From Acidobacteriota bacterium (GTDB lineage: Bacteria; Acidobacteriota; Vicinamibacteria; Vicinamibacterales; UBA2999): a stretch of DNA of 46,919 nucleotides. Within the stretch, counting starts at the first letter, position 1, and every line of letters starts with the position of its first letter. Made by a program: the position numbers and the translations under genes. Positions 1 to 9,756 of this stretch are shown here, piece by piece. The notes under the pieces were generated by a model that worked only from the letters and a program-made list of their open reading frames with translations, searched no databases and was not told where the DNA came from. Location of the stretch: contig JBKPRH010000183.1 of assembly GCA_046765795.1 (NCBI GenBank), forward strand, positions 1 to 46,919, written 5' to 3'.

Positions 1-1497
1 GGCCGATTCACTGTAGAAGTCCTCGAGCACGCGCCGCAGAAACTTGCAGAGAATCAGCGAGTCCATCAACGCGGCCTTGTCTTCGGTGTCGATGGCGTGG
101 CGGACTGAGTCGAGCGTCGCGTGACGTCGATCGACCTTGTCCGAGAAATCCACGTCGTAGGCGCCACTGCGATTGTGATCCGCCCCGCGCGCGCCAACCG
201 CAAATCCGAGCGCCATCGTCTGCAGACCGCGCGGTTCGTAGCCCGGAATCTCGAGTCCTTTCACCTGGGGCGCGAACGCGATGCTTCCCTGCCCGATGGT
301 CTCGGCGGCACGACGACTGCCGTCGGCGAGCAGCGCGCCAATCCCCGCGCGCCGTCCGATCAGATCGATCGCCTTCAGCACAGCGTCACCGCTGCCGAAC
401 GTCAACCACGGTTCATCGAGCAGCCCGCGCTCGACGCACTCCATCGCAAAGGCGATCGTCCCGCCAGCGCTGATCGTGTCGATGCCGAGTTCATCGCAGC
501 GCTGTGACGCGCGAAGAACGGCCGCGTGATCGCTCACGCCACACAACGAGCCCAACGCGAACAGATTCTCGTATTCGATTCGTACGCCGGCGCCACCGAC
601 GGAATAGATATGCTCGCAGCCGATCGTGCACGCGACGCAACTCGCGCGCGTGCGTGAGTAGTCCGTGCGCAGCTGCTCGGGCGACAGATTCGGTGCCTCG
701 TCGAATGTGCCCTGCTGGAAGTTGCGAGTCGGCAATGTGCCAAAACGGTTGAACGTCAGCAGATTCGCCGCGGTGCCGAGCTCGCGGTACTTCGCCGTTG
801 CCGGACCGAACGATCGCTTCGAGAGATCGCGGCTCAACTCGGTCAGCTTTCGTGGCTGCGCCCATTCGACGCGCCGTGTGCCGCGTACGGCGATCGCCTT
901 GATGTTCTTGCTGCCGAGGACTGCTCCGCTGCCGCCGCGTCCGGCATGACGGCCGTCGTGCGAGATCGTGGCGTAGCGCACGGTACGCTCACCCGCCGGC
1001 CCGATTGACGCAACGCGATAGTTCGTGCCGAGCCTCGCCCGCAGCTTCTCTTCCGTCACCGGACACGAGTCGCCCGCGACATCGTCAGCCGGCTCGAGCC
1101 TCACGTTGCCATCGTCAATGACGAGCACCGACAGCTTTGCGGCTTTCCCGACGAGGACGATGGCGTCGCAGCCGGCCTGCTTTCCGGCGATGGCAAAGCC
1201 GCTGCTTGCGAGGGAATCGTTGAAGCGGCCCGTCAGTGGACTGCGGCTGACGACGGCGAACTTGGCGGAGGTGGTGAGGGGACTGCCGACCAGCGGGCTG
1301 AAGGCAAAGATGAGCGGCGCCTCCGGCGACAGTGGCTTCGTCGTTGCACCGCCTTCGGCCAAGAGGAGCCACGCACCGAGACCGCTGCCACCGATGTATT
1401 GACGAAGCAGGTCCTCGGACAACGGCATGCCCTGAGCCATGCCGCTCCCGACATCGATGCGCAGGTAACAGCCGTGGTATCCGAAGGGAGTCGCCGT
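1..1497 (-). CDS. aor: Aldehyde:ferredoxin oxidoreductase family protein (tungsten AOR/WOR family); 3' end runs off the window; start uncertain (ACG at 1497 or ATG at 1440)
   Basis: Absent from the ORF track. Manual translation of segments in one minus frame gives PFGYHGCYLRIDV, YIGGSGLG, HAGRGGSGAVLGSKNIKAI, SCVACTIGCEH, RIEYE, CDELGIDTISAG and DSLILCKF, all AOR-family motifs. Confidence 0.9.
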
Positions 1498-1501
1498 GTG
1501 G

Positions 1502-1756
1502 CTACCCTCCTGCGTCGGCGGACAAGATCAGCAGCCGGTCCTCGTCCGCGAATCTCGTGTCGAGCGACTTCACGAACTCGTCGCCGTTGAGATTCGCCGT
1601 GATCGACGGATGCAAACCCTCGGACGTAATGAGCTCGCTCAGGCCTGGGCATCGGACGGAGAGCTCTCCGAGAACCTGGCCGAAGGTTTCGGCGTCCAGT
1701 TCCATTTCGGAGACTCCTGCTCGTTCTCGGGGGATGCCCAGAAATTCAACGTACAT
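1502..1756 (-). CDS. moaD: MoaD/ThiS-family sulfur carrier
   Basis: Small ubiquitin-like protein (MYVEFLGIPRERAG...) ending in DAGG, directly upstream of the AOR gene. Confidence 0.88.
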   Translation of the reverse strand: MYVEFLGIPRERAGVSEMELDAETFGQVLGELSVRCPGLSELITSEGLHPSITANLNGDEFVKSLDTRFADEDRLLILSADAGG

Positions 1757-1810
1757 AGGTGCTTGCCGGAGGTCAGCCAGCGGGTAACTCGATGATAGCA
1801 TGGGGTGTTA

Positions 1811-1836
1811 GGCAGGTCTGGAAGACCCGCCTCTAC
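1811..1836 (-). repeat. GTAG-family REP (family A, matching the RAYT-flanking copies)
   Basis: Minus strand reads GTAGAGGCGGGTCTTCCAGACCTGCC, nearly identical to 43873-43897. Lies between divergent moaD and FDH genes. Confidence 0.85.
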
Positions 1837-1851
1837 GATAGTCAATCGTTC

Positions 1852-3579
1852 ATGAGCGAGCCCAAACCATCATCGGCGTCTACAGTCGAACCACCAGTCC
1901 GAGGCAAGCGTTCCCGCGTCCGCGGCAAGCCGAAAGGACGCGCCGTCGATCCCAACGCTCGTGAAGAGGTTCAGGTGCTGCTCGGCAACGAGCCCAGACG
2001 CCGCGACCTGCTGATCGAGCACCTGCACAAGATCCAGGATCGCTACGGTTATCTGTCAGCCGCGCATCTGGTCGCGCTCGCGGCCGAGATGAAGATGGCG
2101 ATGGCCGAGGTCTATGAGGTGGCGACGTTCTATCACCACTTCGACGTCGTGAAGGACGGCGAGACTGCGCCGCCAGCGGTCACGGTCAGGGTCTGCGATT
2201 CGATCGCGTGCGAGCTAGCCGGCTCGCAAACGCTCCTGGATGCGCTGCCGCGCTTGCTCGGCAAAGATGTCCGCGTCCTGCACGCGCCGTGCGTCGGCCG
2301 ATGCGAAACGGCGCCGGTCGTGGTGGTGGGTCAGAACCCGGTGCCGAACGCGACTCCTGACCAGGTTGTGTCTCGCGTGAAGACCGCGGCGCTGAAACAC
2401 GACACGTCGAACACGTCCATCACACCAGGGCACATTGACTACGCCGCCTACTGCGCCAATGGCGGATACACGCTTGCCGCAGCCTGCGTTGGCGGTCAGC
2501 GCCATGCCACGGACGTGATCGGCGTCATGGAGAACTCTGGGCTGCGCGGTCTCGGTGGTGCCGGCTTCCCCGCCGGCCGCAAGTGGAAGATCGTCGCCGC
2601 CGAACCCGCGCCTCGTCTGATGGCGATCAACATCGACGAAGGTGAGCCGGGCACGTTCAAGGACCGCTACTATCTCGAACGCGATCCACATCGTTTCCTC
2701 GAGGGCGCGATCATCGCGGCGTGGGCTGTCGGCATCGATGCGGTCTACATCTACCTGCGCGACGAGTATCACGGCTGCCGCGCGATTCTCGAGCGCGAGC
2801 TCGCTGCGCTGCAGGCCAATCCGCCATGCACGCTGCCGCAGTTCCATTTGCGGCGCGGAGCCGGTGCCTACATCTGCGGCGAAGAGTCCGCGATGATCGA
2901 GTCGATCGAGGGCAAGCGCGGAGAACCACGACTGCGTCCACCGTACGTGGCACAAGTCGGTCTGTTTGGCCGGCCGACGCTCGAGCACAACATGGAGACG
3001 CTCCACTGGGTGCGCGAGATACTCGAGAAGGGCGCCGAATGGTTCGCCAGTCACGGCCGTAATGGACGTAAGGGCCTGCGCTCGTTCTCGGTAAGCGGAC
3101 GCATCAAGAAGCCGGGTGTCCACCTCGCGCCCGCCGGGATCACGCTGCAGGAGCTCGTGGACGAGTACTGTGGCGGGATGCTCGACGGCCACACTTTGTA
3201 CGGTTATTTACCGGGCGGTGCATCGGGCGGCATCCTGCCGGCATCGATGGCCAACGTGCCGCTCGACTTCGACACGCTCAATCAGTACGGCTGCTTCATC
3301 GGCTCGGCCGCTGTCGTCGTCCTCTCGGATAAGGACACCGCCACGAAGGCGGCGCGCAACGTGATGAAGTTCTTCGCCGAAGAGTCGTGCGGTCAGTGCA
3401 CGCCATGCCGAGTCGGCACTGAGAAGGCGCTGCACCTCATGAAGACCAAGCAGTGGGATCAGCCGCTGCTGCAGGAATTGTCGCAAGGGGTGATGGACGC
3501 GTCGATCTGCGGTCTCGGACAGGCCGCGCCGAATCCCATGCTGTCTGTCATGAAGTACTTCCCGAAGGAAGTTGAGTGA
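1852..3579 (+). CDS. NAD-dependent formate dehydrogenase beta subunit (fused NuoE/NuoF-like; Fdh1B type)
   Basis: CDSIAC...CVGRC 2Fe-2S motif, GLRGLGGAGFP, DEGEPGT, GAGAYICGEES and CGQCTPC...C 4Fe-4S motif. Overlaps the alpha subunit start. Start placed at MSEPKP. Confidence 0.92.
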   Translation: MSEPKPSSASTVEPPVRGKRSRVRGKPKGRAVDPNAREEVQVLLGNEPRRRDLLIEHLHKIQDRYGYLSAAHLVALAAEMKMAMAEVYEVATFYHHFDVVKDGETAPPAVTVRVCDSIACELAGSQTLLDALPRLLGKDVRVLHAPCVGRCETAPVVVVGQNPVPNATPDQVVSRVKTAALKHDTSNTSITPGHIDYAAYCANGGYTLAAACVGGQRHATDVIGVMENSGLRGLGGAGFPAGRKWKIVAAEPAPRLMAINIDEGEPGTFKDRYYLERDPHRFLEGAIIAAWAVGIDAVYIYLRDEYHGCRAILERELAALQANPPCTLPQFHLRRGAGAYICGEESAMIESIEGKRGEPRLRPPYVAQVGLFGRPTLEHNMETLHWVREILEKGAEWFASHGRNGRKGLRSFSVSGRIKKPGVHLAPAGITLQELVDEYCGGMLDGHTLYGYLPGGASGGILPASMANVPLDFDTLNQYGCFIGSAAVVVLSDKDTATKAARNVMKFFAEESCGQCTPCRVGTEKALHLMKTKQWDQPLLQELSQGVMDASICGLGQAAPNPMLSVMKYFPKEVE

Positions 3580-6386
3580 TGCACAAGGTGCTCGATGCCA
3601 AGATGGTCACGTTCACGTTGAACGGCCGGACCATCACCACGCCAGAGACGCAGACGCTTCTCGAGACCGCCGATCACCTCGGCATCGAAGTCCCGCGGCT
3701 CTGCTACATGGAGGGCATGCGCGCCGACGGTAATTGCCGCACGTGCATGGTGGAGATCAAGGGCGAGCGCGTCCTCGCAGCCTCCTGCTGCCGCTATCCG
3801 CGTGAGGGCATGGAGGTCACCACCAACAGCCCGAGGGCGATCGCGAGCCAGAAGATGTCGCTCGAGCTGTTGCTCTCCGACATCCCCGAGACGTCTTACA
3901 CGCTGAACTCCGAGCTGGATCTCTGGGCGAAGAAGATGGAGGTCGGCAAGCCACGCTTCCACGCGCGTCAGCAGCCGACCGAGGACCTCTCGCATCCGGC
4001 GATGGCGGTACACCTCGACGCCTGCATTCAGTGCAAGCGCTGCGTGCGCGCCTGTCGCGAGGAGCAAGTCAACGACGTCATCGGCTACGCCTTCCGCGGC
4101 GGCCACTCGAAGATCGTCTTCGACCTCGACGACCCGATGGGCGACTCGACGTGCGTCGCCTGCGGCGAGTGCGTGCAGGCGTGTCCGACCGGCGCGCTGA
4201 TGCCGGCGCGTGATGTCGCCAAGATCGTCCCAGACAAGCAGGTCGAGTCCGTCTGCCCGTACTGCGGCGTCGGCTGTCAGCTGACCTACAACATCAAGGA
4301 CAACACGATCCTCTATGTGCAGGGCAAGGACGGCCCGGCCAACTCGAGCCGCCTCTGCGTCAAGGGGCGCTACGGCTTCGACTACGTCCAGCATCGCCAT
4401 CGCCTGACGACCCCGCTCATTCGCAGGAAGGGCGTGCCGAAGCACAAAGACTTCACCGTGGATCCGGACAAGTGGCACGAGGTGTTCCGCGAAGCGACGT
4501 GGGAAGAAGCGCTCGACTTCGCTGCGAAAGGCCTCAGCGAGATCCGCGACACCTACGGCAAGAAGGCGCTCGCCGGGTTCGGATCGGCCAAGGGCACCAA
4601 CGAGGAGGCGTATCTGTTCCAGAAGCTGGTGCGCACCGGCTTTGGTTCGAACAACGTCGATCACTGCACGCGGCTGTGCCACGCGTCGAGCGTCGCGGCG
4701 TTGATGGAAGGCATCAACTCCGGGGCGGTGTCGAACCAGGTGCGCGACGTCGTCAACGCCGAAGTGATCTTCGTGATCGGCGCCAACCCGACAGTCAACC
4801 ATCCGGTCGCCGCCACCTGGATCAAGAACGCGGCGAAGGACGGTGTGAAGCTGATCGTCGCCGACCCGCGTCGCAGTGATCTCGCGCGTCACGCCACGTA
4901 CAACCTGCAGTTCAATCCGGACACGGACGTCGCGCTGCTCAACGCGATGCTCCACGTGATCGTCGAGGAAGGCCTCGTCGACGAGAACTTCGTCAAGGAC
5001 CGCACGTCCGGGTACGAGGCGCTGGCGGAGAACGTCAAGAAGTTCTCCCCTGAGGCGATGGCGCCGATCTGCGGCATCGACGCGCAGACGCTCCGCGAGG
5101 TCGCGCGGCTCTACGCCACGTCAAAGGGCTCGATCATCCTGTGGGGCATGGGCATCTCGCAGCACGTGCACGGCACGGATAATGCGCGCTGCCTGATCGC
5201 GCTCGCGCTCGCGACCGGACAGATTGGCAAGCCGGGCTCGGGACTCCATCCGCTGCGCGGGCAGAACAACGTCCAGGGTGCGTCCGACTCGGGACTCATT
5301 CCGATGTTCTATCCCGACTACCAGCGCGTGAACACGCCGGCGGCGCGCGAGCGTTTCGAGAAGCTGTGGAAGACGGAGCTCGATCCGAATCCTGGTCTCA
5401 CCGTCGTCGAGATCATGCACGCGGCCAAGAAGAGGGAGATCCGCGGGATGTACATCATGGGTGAGAACCCGGCGATGTCCGATCCCGACGTCGATCACGC
5501 GCGTGAGGCGATGGCGGCGCTTGACCACATTGTCGTGCAGGACATCTTCCTGACCGAGACAGCGTATCTCGCCGATGTCGTGCTGCCGGCGACCGCGTGG
5601 CCCGAAAAGGTCGGCACCGTCACCAACACCGATCGCATGGTGCAGCTCGGACGCAAGGCGATCGAGCCGCCCGGCGATGCGAAGGAAGACTTCTGGCTCA
5701 TCGTCGAGATCGCCAAGCGAATGGGTCTCGACTGGACCTACAGCCATCCGCGCGACGCGTTTGACGAGATGCGGCAGTGCATGGATTCGATTGCCGGCAT
5801 CACATGGGAGCGACTGGAGCAGCAGTCGTCAGTCACCTATCCGTGCGTGAACGAAGGCGACCCCGGGGATCCGGTTGTCTTCATCGACACATTCCCGACG
5901 CAGACCGGCCGAGCCACGTTCGTGCCCGCCGATCTCATTTCGGCGAACGAGCGTCCCGACGCCGAGTACCCGTTGGTGCTCATCACCGGACGACAGCTCG
6001 AACACTGGCACACGGGTTCGATGACGCGCCGTGCCTCGGCACTCGACTACATCGAGCCCGAGCCGGTTGCCTCAGTGCACCCGTTGGATCTGGAAGCACT
6101 CGGCATTCCCGCCGGCACGACGCTGACGATTGCGTCCCGCCGCGGTGAGATCTCGCTCTACGCGCGTGCCGATGACGGCATGCCACGTGGCGCGGTGTTC
6201 GTCCCGTTCTGCTACTACGAGGCGGCGGCGAACAAGCTGACCAATCCCGTGCTCGACCCGTTCGGCAAAATTCCGGAGTTCAAATACTGCGCGGTGAAGG
6301 TGACCGCCGGCGGCGAGACGCCCGAGCGAATGAGCTTCGGAGGCGGAGCACTGCTCGCAGATGCCATGAAGTCCGCGAGTCAGTAG
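3576..6386 (+). CDS. fdhF: Formate dehydrogenase alpha subunit (bis-MGD Mo/W enzyme, Cys ligand; Fdh1A type)
   Basis: N-terminal Fe-S motifs (CIQCKRCVRAC, CVACGECVQAC, CPYCGVGC), active-site DHCTRLCHASS, LRGQNNVQG and C-terminal GKIPEFKYCAV. Confidence 0.95.
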   Translation: MMHKVLDAKMVTFTLNGRTITTPETQTLLETADHLGIEVPRLCYMEGMRADGNCRTCMVEIKGERVLAASCCRYPREGMEVTTNSPRAIASQKMSLELLLSDIPETSYTLNSELDLWAKKMEVGKPRFHARQQPTEDLSHPAMAVHLDACIQCKRCVRACREEQVNDVIGYAFRGGHSKIVFDLDDPMGDSTCVACGECVQACPTGALMPARDVAKIVPDKQVESVCPYCGVGCQLTYNIKDNTILYVQGKDGPANSSRLCVKGRYGFDYVQHRHRLTTPLIRRKGVPKHKDFTVDPDKWHEVFREATWEEALDFAAKGLSEIRDTYGKKALAGFGSAKGTNEEAYLFQKLVRTGFGSNNVDHCTRLCHASSVAALMEGINSGAVSNQVRDVVNAEVIFVIGANPTVNHPVAATWIKNAAKDGVKLIVADPRRSDLARHATYNLQFNPDTDVALLNAMLHVIVEEGLVDENFVKDRTSGYEALAENVKKFSPEAMAPICGIDAQTLREVARLYATSKGSIILWGMGISQHVHGTDNARCLIALALATGQIGKPGSGLHPLRGQNNVQGASDSGLIPMFYPDYQRVNTPAARERFEKLWKTELDPNPGLTVVEIMHAAKKREIRGMYIMGENPAMSDPDVDHAREAMAALDHIVVQDIFLTETAYLADVVLPATAWPEKVGTVTNTDRMVQLGRKAIEPPGDAKEDFWLIVEIAKRMGLDWTYSHPRDAFDEMRQCMDSIAGITWERLEQQSSVTYPCVNEGDPGDPVVFIDTFPTQTGRATFVPADLISANERPDAEYPLVLITGRQLEHWHTGSMTRRASALDYIEPEPVASVHPLDLEALGIPAGTTLTIASRRGEISLYARADDGMPRGAVFVPFCYYEAAANKLTNPVLDPFGKIPEFKYCAVKVTAGGETPERMSFGGGALLADAMKSASQ

Positions 6387-6392
6387 GCCGTG

Positions 6393-6476
6393 TAATGCAA
6401 GATGCAAAATGCAAAGTGCAAACGAGCGGCAACGACGCTCGCTGTGTTTGCATTTTGACTTTTGCATTTTGAATTA
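6393..6476. repeat. Inverted pair of heptamer tandem arrays (AATGCAA-like / TTTGCAT-like) around a small GC hairpin
   Basis: aatgcaa-gatgcaa-aatgcaa-agtgcaa, then gagcg/cgctc hairpin, then tttgcattttgacttttgcattttga. Confidence 0.8.
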
Positions 6477-6479
6477 CCC

Positions 6480-7778
6480 GTGACAACCCACGACGTCCGG
6501 ATGCAGGGCTTCACGCGCCGTCACACGGTGCAGGAAGCCTTGTCGTGGCTCGATGCGCAGCTGCGGACGCTCGATGCCGAAGACGTGCCGCTGCGCGAAG
6601 CGGCCGGCCGCGTCCTCGGCTCTCTCGTCACCAGCGACATCGACGTTCCTGGATTCGATCGCGCGACCATGGACGGCTACGCGGTCGTCGCCGATTCGAC
6701 CGAAGGCGCCACTCCTTACAACCGCATTCCGCTCGCGGTCGTCGGCGACGCGATGCCTGGAGCGCCGTTCACGCGAACGGTCGCGCGCGGCCAGGCCGTG
6801 CGGATCATGACCGGCGCGCCAATGCCTTCGGGCAGCAATGCGGTCCTGCCAGCGGAGTCGGTCGATACGAATGACCGTAGAGGCGGGTCTGTAGACTCGC
6901 CTTCTTCAGACGCGCCCACAACGATCGCCGCCATCTCTGAAGTTTCACCACAAAAAAACGTCGGCCACCGTGGCGAAGACATCGTCCGCGGCACGACGCT
7001 GCTCGAAGCCGGTCGCGTGCTGCGGCCGCAGGACGTTGGCGTGATGAGCTCGATTGGCCTCGCGATGACGCGCGTGATCCGACGACCACGGGTGCGACTC
7101 GTCATCACCGGTAACGAGCTACTTCCGGCGGGTACACCGCCGCACGACTATCAGATCGCCGACGCAAACGGGCCGATGCTCGCCGCGCTCGTCGAGCGCG
7201 ATGGCGGCGTCGTAGACTTCCCCGACCTCGTTCGCGACGAGCCACAGGCCTTGCTCGAGGCACTCGGCGTCACCGCCCAAACCCCGGAGCCCACAGGCCA
7301 AAGCCCGGACATCATCATCGTCTCTGGCGGCTCCAGCGTCGGCATCGAAGATCTCGCGCCGATGCTCGTCGCCAAACATGGCGAGCTAGCCGTGCACGGC
7401 ATCGCGATGCGTCCGAGCAGTCCGACGGGGATGGGCACGCTGGGGCCGCGACTGGTCTTCCTGCTACCCGGCAATCCCGTCTCTGCTCTGTGCGCCTACG
7501 ATTTCTTTGCCGGCCGCGCCATTCGCGCGCTCGGTGGACGCTCGACGCAGTGGCCGTATCGCGCGGTGCGCGGCACACTCACCCGCAAGATCAGCTCGCC
7601 GATCGGACGACTCGACTACGCGCGCGTGCGTCTCGACTCCGGGCGCGTCGAACCGCTGTCGGTTGCCGGCGCATCGCTGCTCTCCTCGACCACGCGCGCC
7701 GACGGGTTCGTGATCGTCGATCAGGACAGCGAAGGATATGCGGCTGGCTCCGACGTGGAGGTGTGGCTGTATGCGTGA
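6480..7778 (+). CDS. moeA: Molybdopterin molybdo/tungstotransferase MoeA (paralogue 1)
   Basis: PGFDRATMDGYA, IMTGAPMP, TGNEL, SGGSSVG and LPGNPVS motifs. GTG start at 6480. Confidence 0.92.
   Translation: MTTHDVRMQGFTRRHTVQEALSWLDAQLRTLDAEDVPLREAAGRVLGSLVTSDIDVPGFDRATMDGYAVVADSTEGATPYNRIPLAVVGDAMPGAPFTRTVARGQAVRIMTGAPMPSGSNAVLPAESVDTNDRRGGSVDSPSSDAPTTIAAISEVSPQKNVGHRGEDIVRGTTLLEAGRVLRPQDVGVMSSIGLAMTRVIRRPRVRLVITGNELLPAGTPPHDYQIADANGPMLAALVERDGGVVDFPDLVRDEPQALLEALGVTAQTPEPTGQSPDIIIVSGGSSVGIEDLAPMLVAKHGELAVHGIAMRPSSPTGMGTLGPRLVFLLPGNPVSALCAYDFFAGRAIRALGGRSTQWPYRAVRGTLTRKISSPIGRLDYARVRLDSGRVEPLSVAGASLLSSTTRADGFVIVDQDSEGYAAGSDVEVWLYA
6877..6901 (+). repeat. Family A GTAG REP inside the moeA1 coding sequence (reads RRGGSVDSP)
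   Basis: GTAGAGGCGGGTCTGTAGACTCGCC versus GTAGAGGCGGGTCTTCAGACCCGCC at 43873. Confidence 0.85.
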
Positions 7779-9756
7779 TCAGGAGCAATTCCTTCACGTC
7801 CTCGATCGCGACGAAGCGGAGCGGCGATTCCGCGCGGCTGTCGACCTCGCCCCACGCGGTATCGACACAGTCGGACTCGATGCGGCGCTTGGCCGTGTGC
7901 TCGCCGCCGACGTCGTCTCCCCGGTTGACGTGCCGTCGTTCGATCGTGCAAACGTGGACGGGTTCGCCGTCATCGCCGAGGATACGTTTGGCGCGTCAGA
8001 GGAAGTGCCGCGCCCTATCCACCTCGGCGACGAGCACGTCCACACCGGGGTCGTTCCACGAACGATCGTTCGACCGGGTGAGGCTGTCGCGATCGCAACC
8101 GGCGGCATGATGCCGCGCGGTGCGGACGCAGTGGTCATGATCGAACACGCCGATGTCGTGTCTGGCTTTAGCCAGACCCGCGATCGTCCGGCTGCCGCCT
8201 CCGCGCCAGGCGCTTCGGCGCCCAGGGAAGCCGGACACCACATCAACGTGGGCCGGGCGGTGACGGCAGGCAGCGGCGTCTCGTTTGCTGGCACCGACAT
8301 CACTGCTGGCGAGACCGTACTCCGGCGCGGAACGATCCTGACCAGCCGCGACACCGGTGTACTCGCGGCGATCGGCGTCGCGTCTGTCGATGTCTGGCGA
8401 AGGCCAGTCGTCGCCATCCTCTCAACCGGCGACGAGATCATTCCGCCTGGTCAGCCTATGCAGCCGGCGCGCATTTACGACTCGAACGCGCAGGTCCTGG
8501 CCGATGCGGTGCGCGAGCTTGGCTGCGAACCTCGTCGCCTTGGCATCGTCGTGGACGATATCGAACAGCTGCGCGCGAAAGTGCGCGACGCGCTGGCGAT
8601 GGCGGACGCGGTGCTGCTTTCGGGTGGAACGAGTAAGGGTGCCGGCGACGTCTCGTATCGAGTTGTCTCAGAGCTGACTGGCCCAGGCATCGTCGCGCAC
8701 GGCGTCGCGCTCAAACCCGGGAAGCCGATCTGTCTCGCAGCAACCGGCCGCAAACCAGTCGTCGTCCTTCCAGGCTTTCCGACGTCGGCGATCTTTACCT
8801 TCCACGAGTTTGTCGCCCCGGTGTTGTCGGCGATGGCCGGCCGCGGCCTCGAGGAACGATCGACGGTGCAGGCGCGCCTGGCGGTGAAGGTGAATAGCGA
8901 GATTGGGCGAACGGAATACCTCCTGGTCGGCTTAGTTGACGCGGGAAACGAGACATTGGCCGCGTATCCGATGGGTCAGGGCTCGGGCAGCGTCACGACG
9001 TTCAGTCGCGCCGACGGCTTCACGACGATCGGACGTCACGAGGAGATCGTCCAGGCCGGGACGATGGTGAATGTGCAGTTGCTGGGGCGGGAGCTGCAGC
9101 TGGCTGATCTCGTCGTGATTGGCAGTCACTGCATCGGACTCGACTATCTGCTCGGTGAGCTCGAGCACGTCGGCGTGCGCGCGAAGTTCCTGGCTGTCGG
9201 CAGTCTTGCCGGACTCGAAGCGGCGAAGCGCGGCGAGTGCGACATCGCCGGCGTTCACCTTCTCGATCCCCAGACGGGTGAGTACAACCGACCATTCCTC
9301 ACGCCGGAGCTCACGCTGATTCCCGGTTACGGGCGGCTGCAAGGCATCGTGTTCAGGCACGACGACGAGCGATTTGAATTACGCAATGCCAAGGAGGCGA
9401 TCGCGGCGGCCATAGCCGATCCGTCATGCGTGATGGTGAATCGCAACCAAGGCAGCGGCACGCGTGCCTTGATCGATGGACTGCTCGCAGGCCGGAAGCC
9501 GCCTGGCTATGCCGTGCAGCCGCGCAATCACAACGCGGTTGCAGCGGCCGTCGTCCAGCATCGCGCTGATTGGGGCGTCACGCTCGACACAATCGCGCGC
9601 GGCGCCGGCCTTGGCTTCATCCCCGTCCAACACGAGCAGTACGATTTCGTGTCGCCACGGACACGTGCGGAACGTCCCGCCGTCAAGGCGTTCGTCGAAC
9701 GACTTACGGATCCCACCACGCGCAACGCGCTCGCACGTCTGGGGATGCGAATCTAA
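7771..9756 (+). CDS. moeA: MoeA fused to a C-terminal PBP/LysR-type substrate-binding domain (paralogue 2)
   Basis: PSFDRANVDGFA, STGDE, SGGTSKG, KPGKP and LPGFPTS, followed by a PBP-like domain (GSHC, GSLAGL, NRNQGSGTR, EQYDF). Overlaps the moeA1 stop. Confidence 0.92.
   Translation: MRDQEQFLHVLDRDEAERRFRAAVDLAPRGIDTVGLDAALGRVLAADVVSPVDVPSFDRANVDGFAVIAEDTFGASEEVPRPIHLGDEHVHTGVVPRTIVRPGEAVAIATGGMMPRGADAVVMIEHADVVSGFSQTRDRPAAASAPGASAPREAGHHINVGRAVTAGSGVSFAGTDITAGETVLRRGTILTSRDTGVLAAIGVASVDVWRRPVVAILSTGDEIIPPGQPMQPARIYDSNAQVLADAVRELGCEPRRLGIVVDDIEQLRAKVRDALAMADAVLLSGGTSKGAGDVSYRVVSELTGPGIVAHGVALKPGKPICLAATGRKPVVVLPGFPTSAIFTFHEFVAPVLSAMAGRGLEERSTVQARLAVKVNSEIGRTEYLLVGLVDAGNETLAAYPMGQGSGSVTTFSRADGFTTIGRHEEIVQAGTMVNVQLLGRELQLADLVVIGSHCIGLDYLLGELEHVGVRAKFLAVGSLAGLEAAKRGECDIAGVHLLDPQTGEYNRPFLTPELTLIPGYGRLQGIVFRHDDERFELRNAKEAIAAAIADPSCVMVNRNQGSGTRALIDGLLAGRKPPGYAVQPRNHNAVAAAVVQHRADWGVTLDTIARGAGLGFIPVQHEQYDFVSPRTRAERPAVKAFVERLTDPTTRNALARLGMRI
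8155..8241. repeat. Composite in-frame REP doublet in moeA2; the second REP is interrupted by a CCGCC..GCTTCGGCG element
   Basis: gtcgtgtctggctttagccagac (8155-8177), then gtccggct-[gccgcctccgcgccaggcgcttcggcgcccagg]-gaagccggacaccac (8186-8241). Same family as 44910-44932. Confidence 0.75.

Noticed and set aside
4677-4679. Selenocysteine in the FDH active site
   Set aside because: The codon is TGC (Cys) in RLCH and the frame has no internal TGA.
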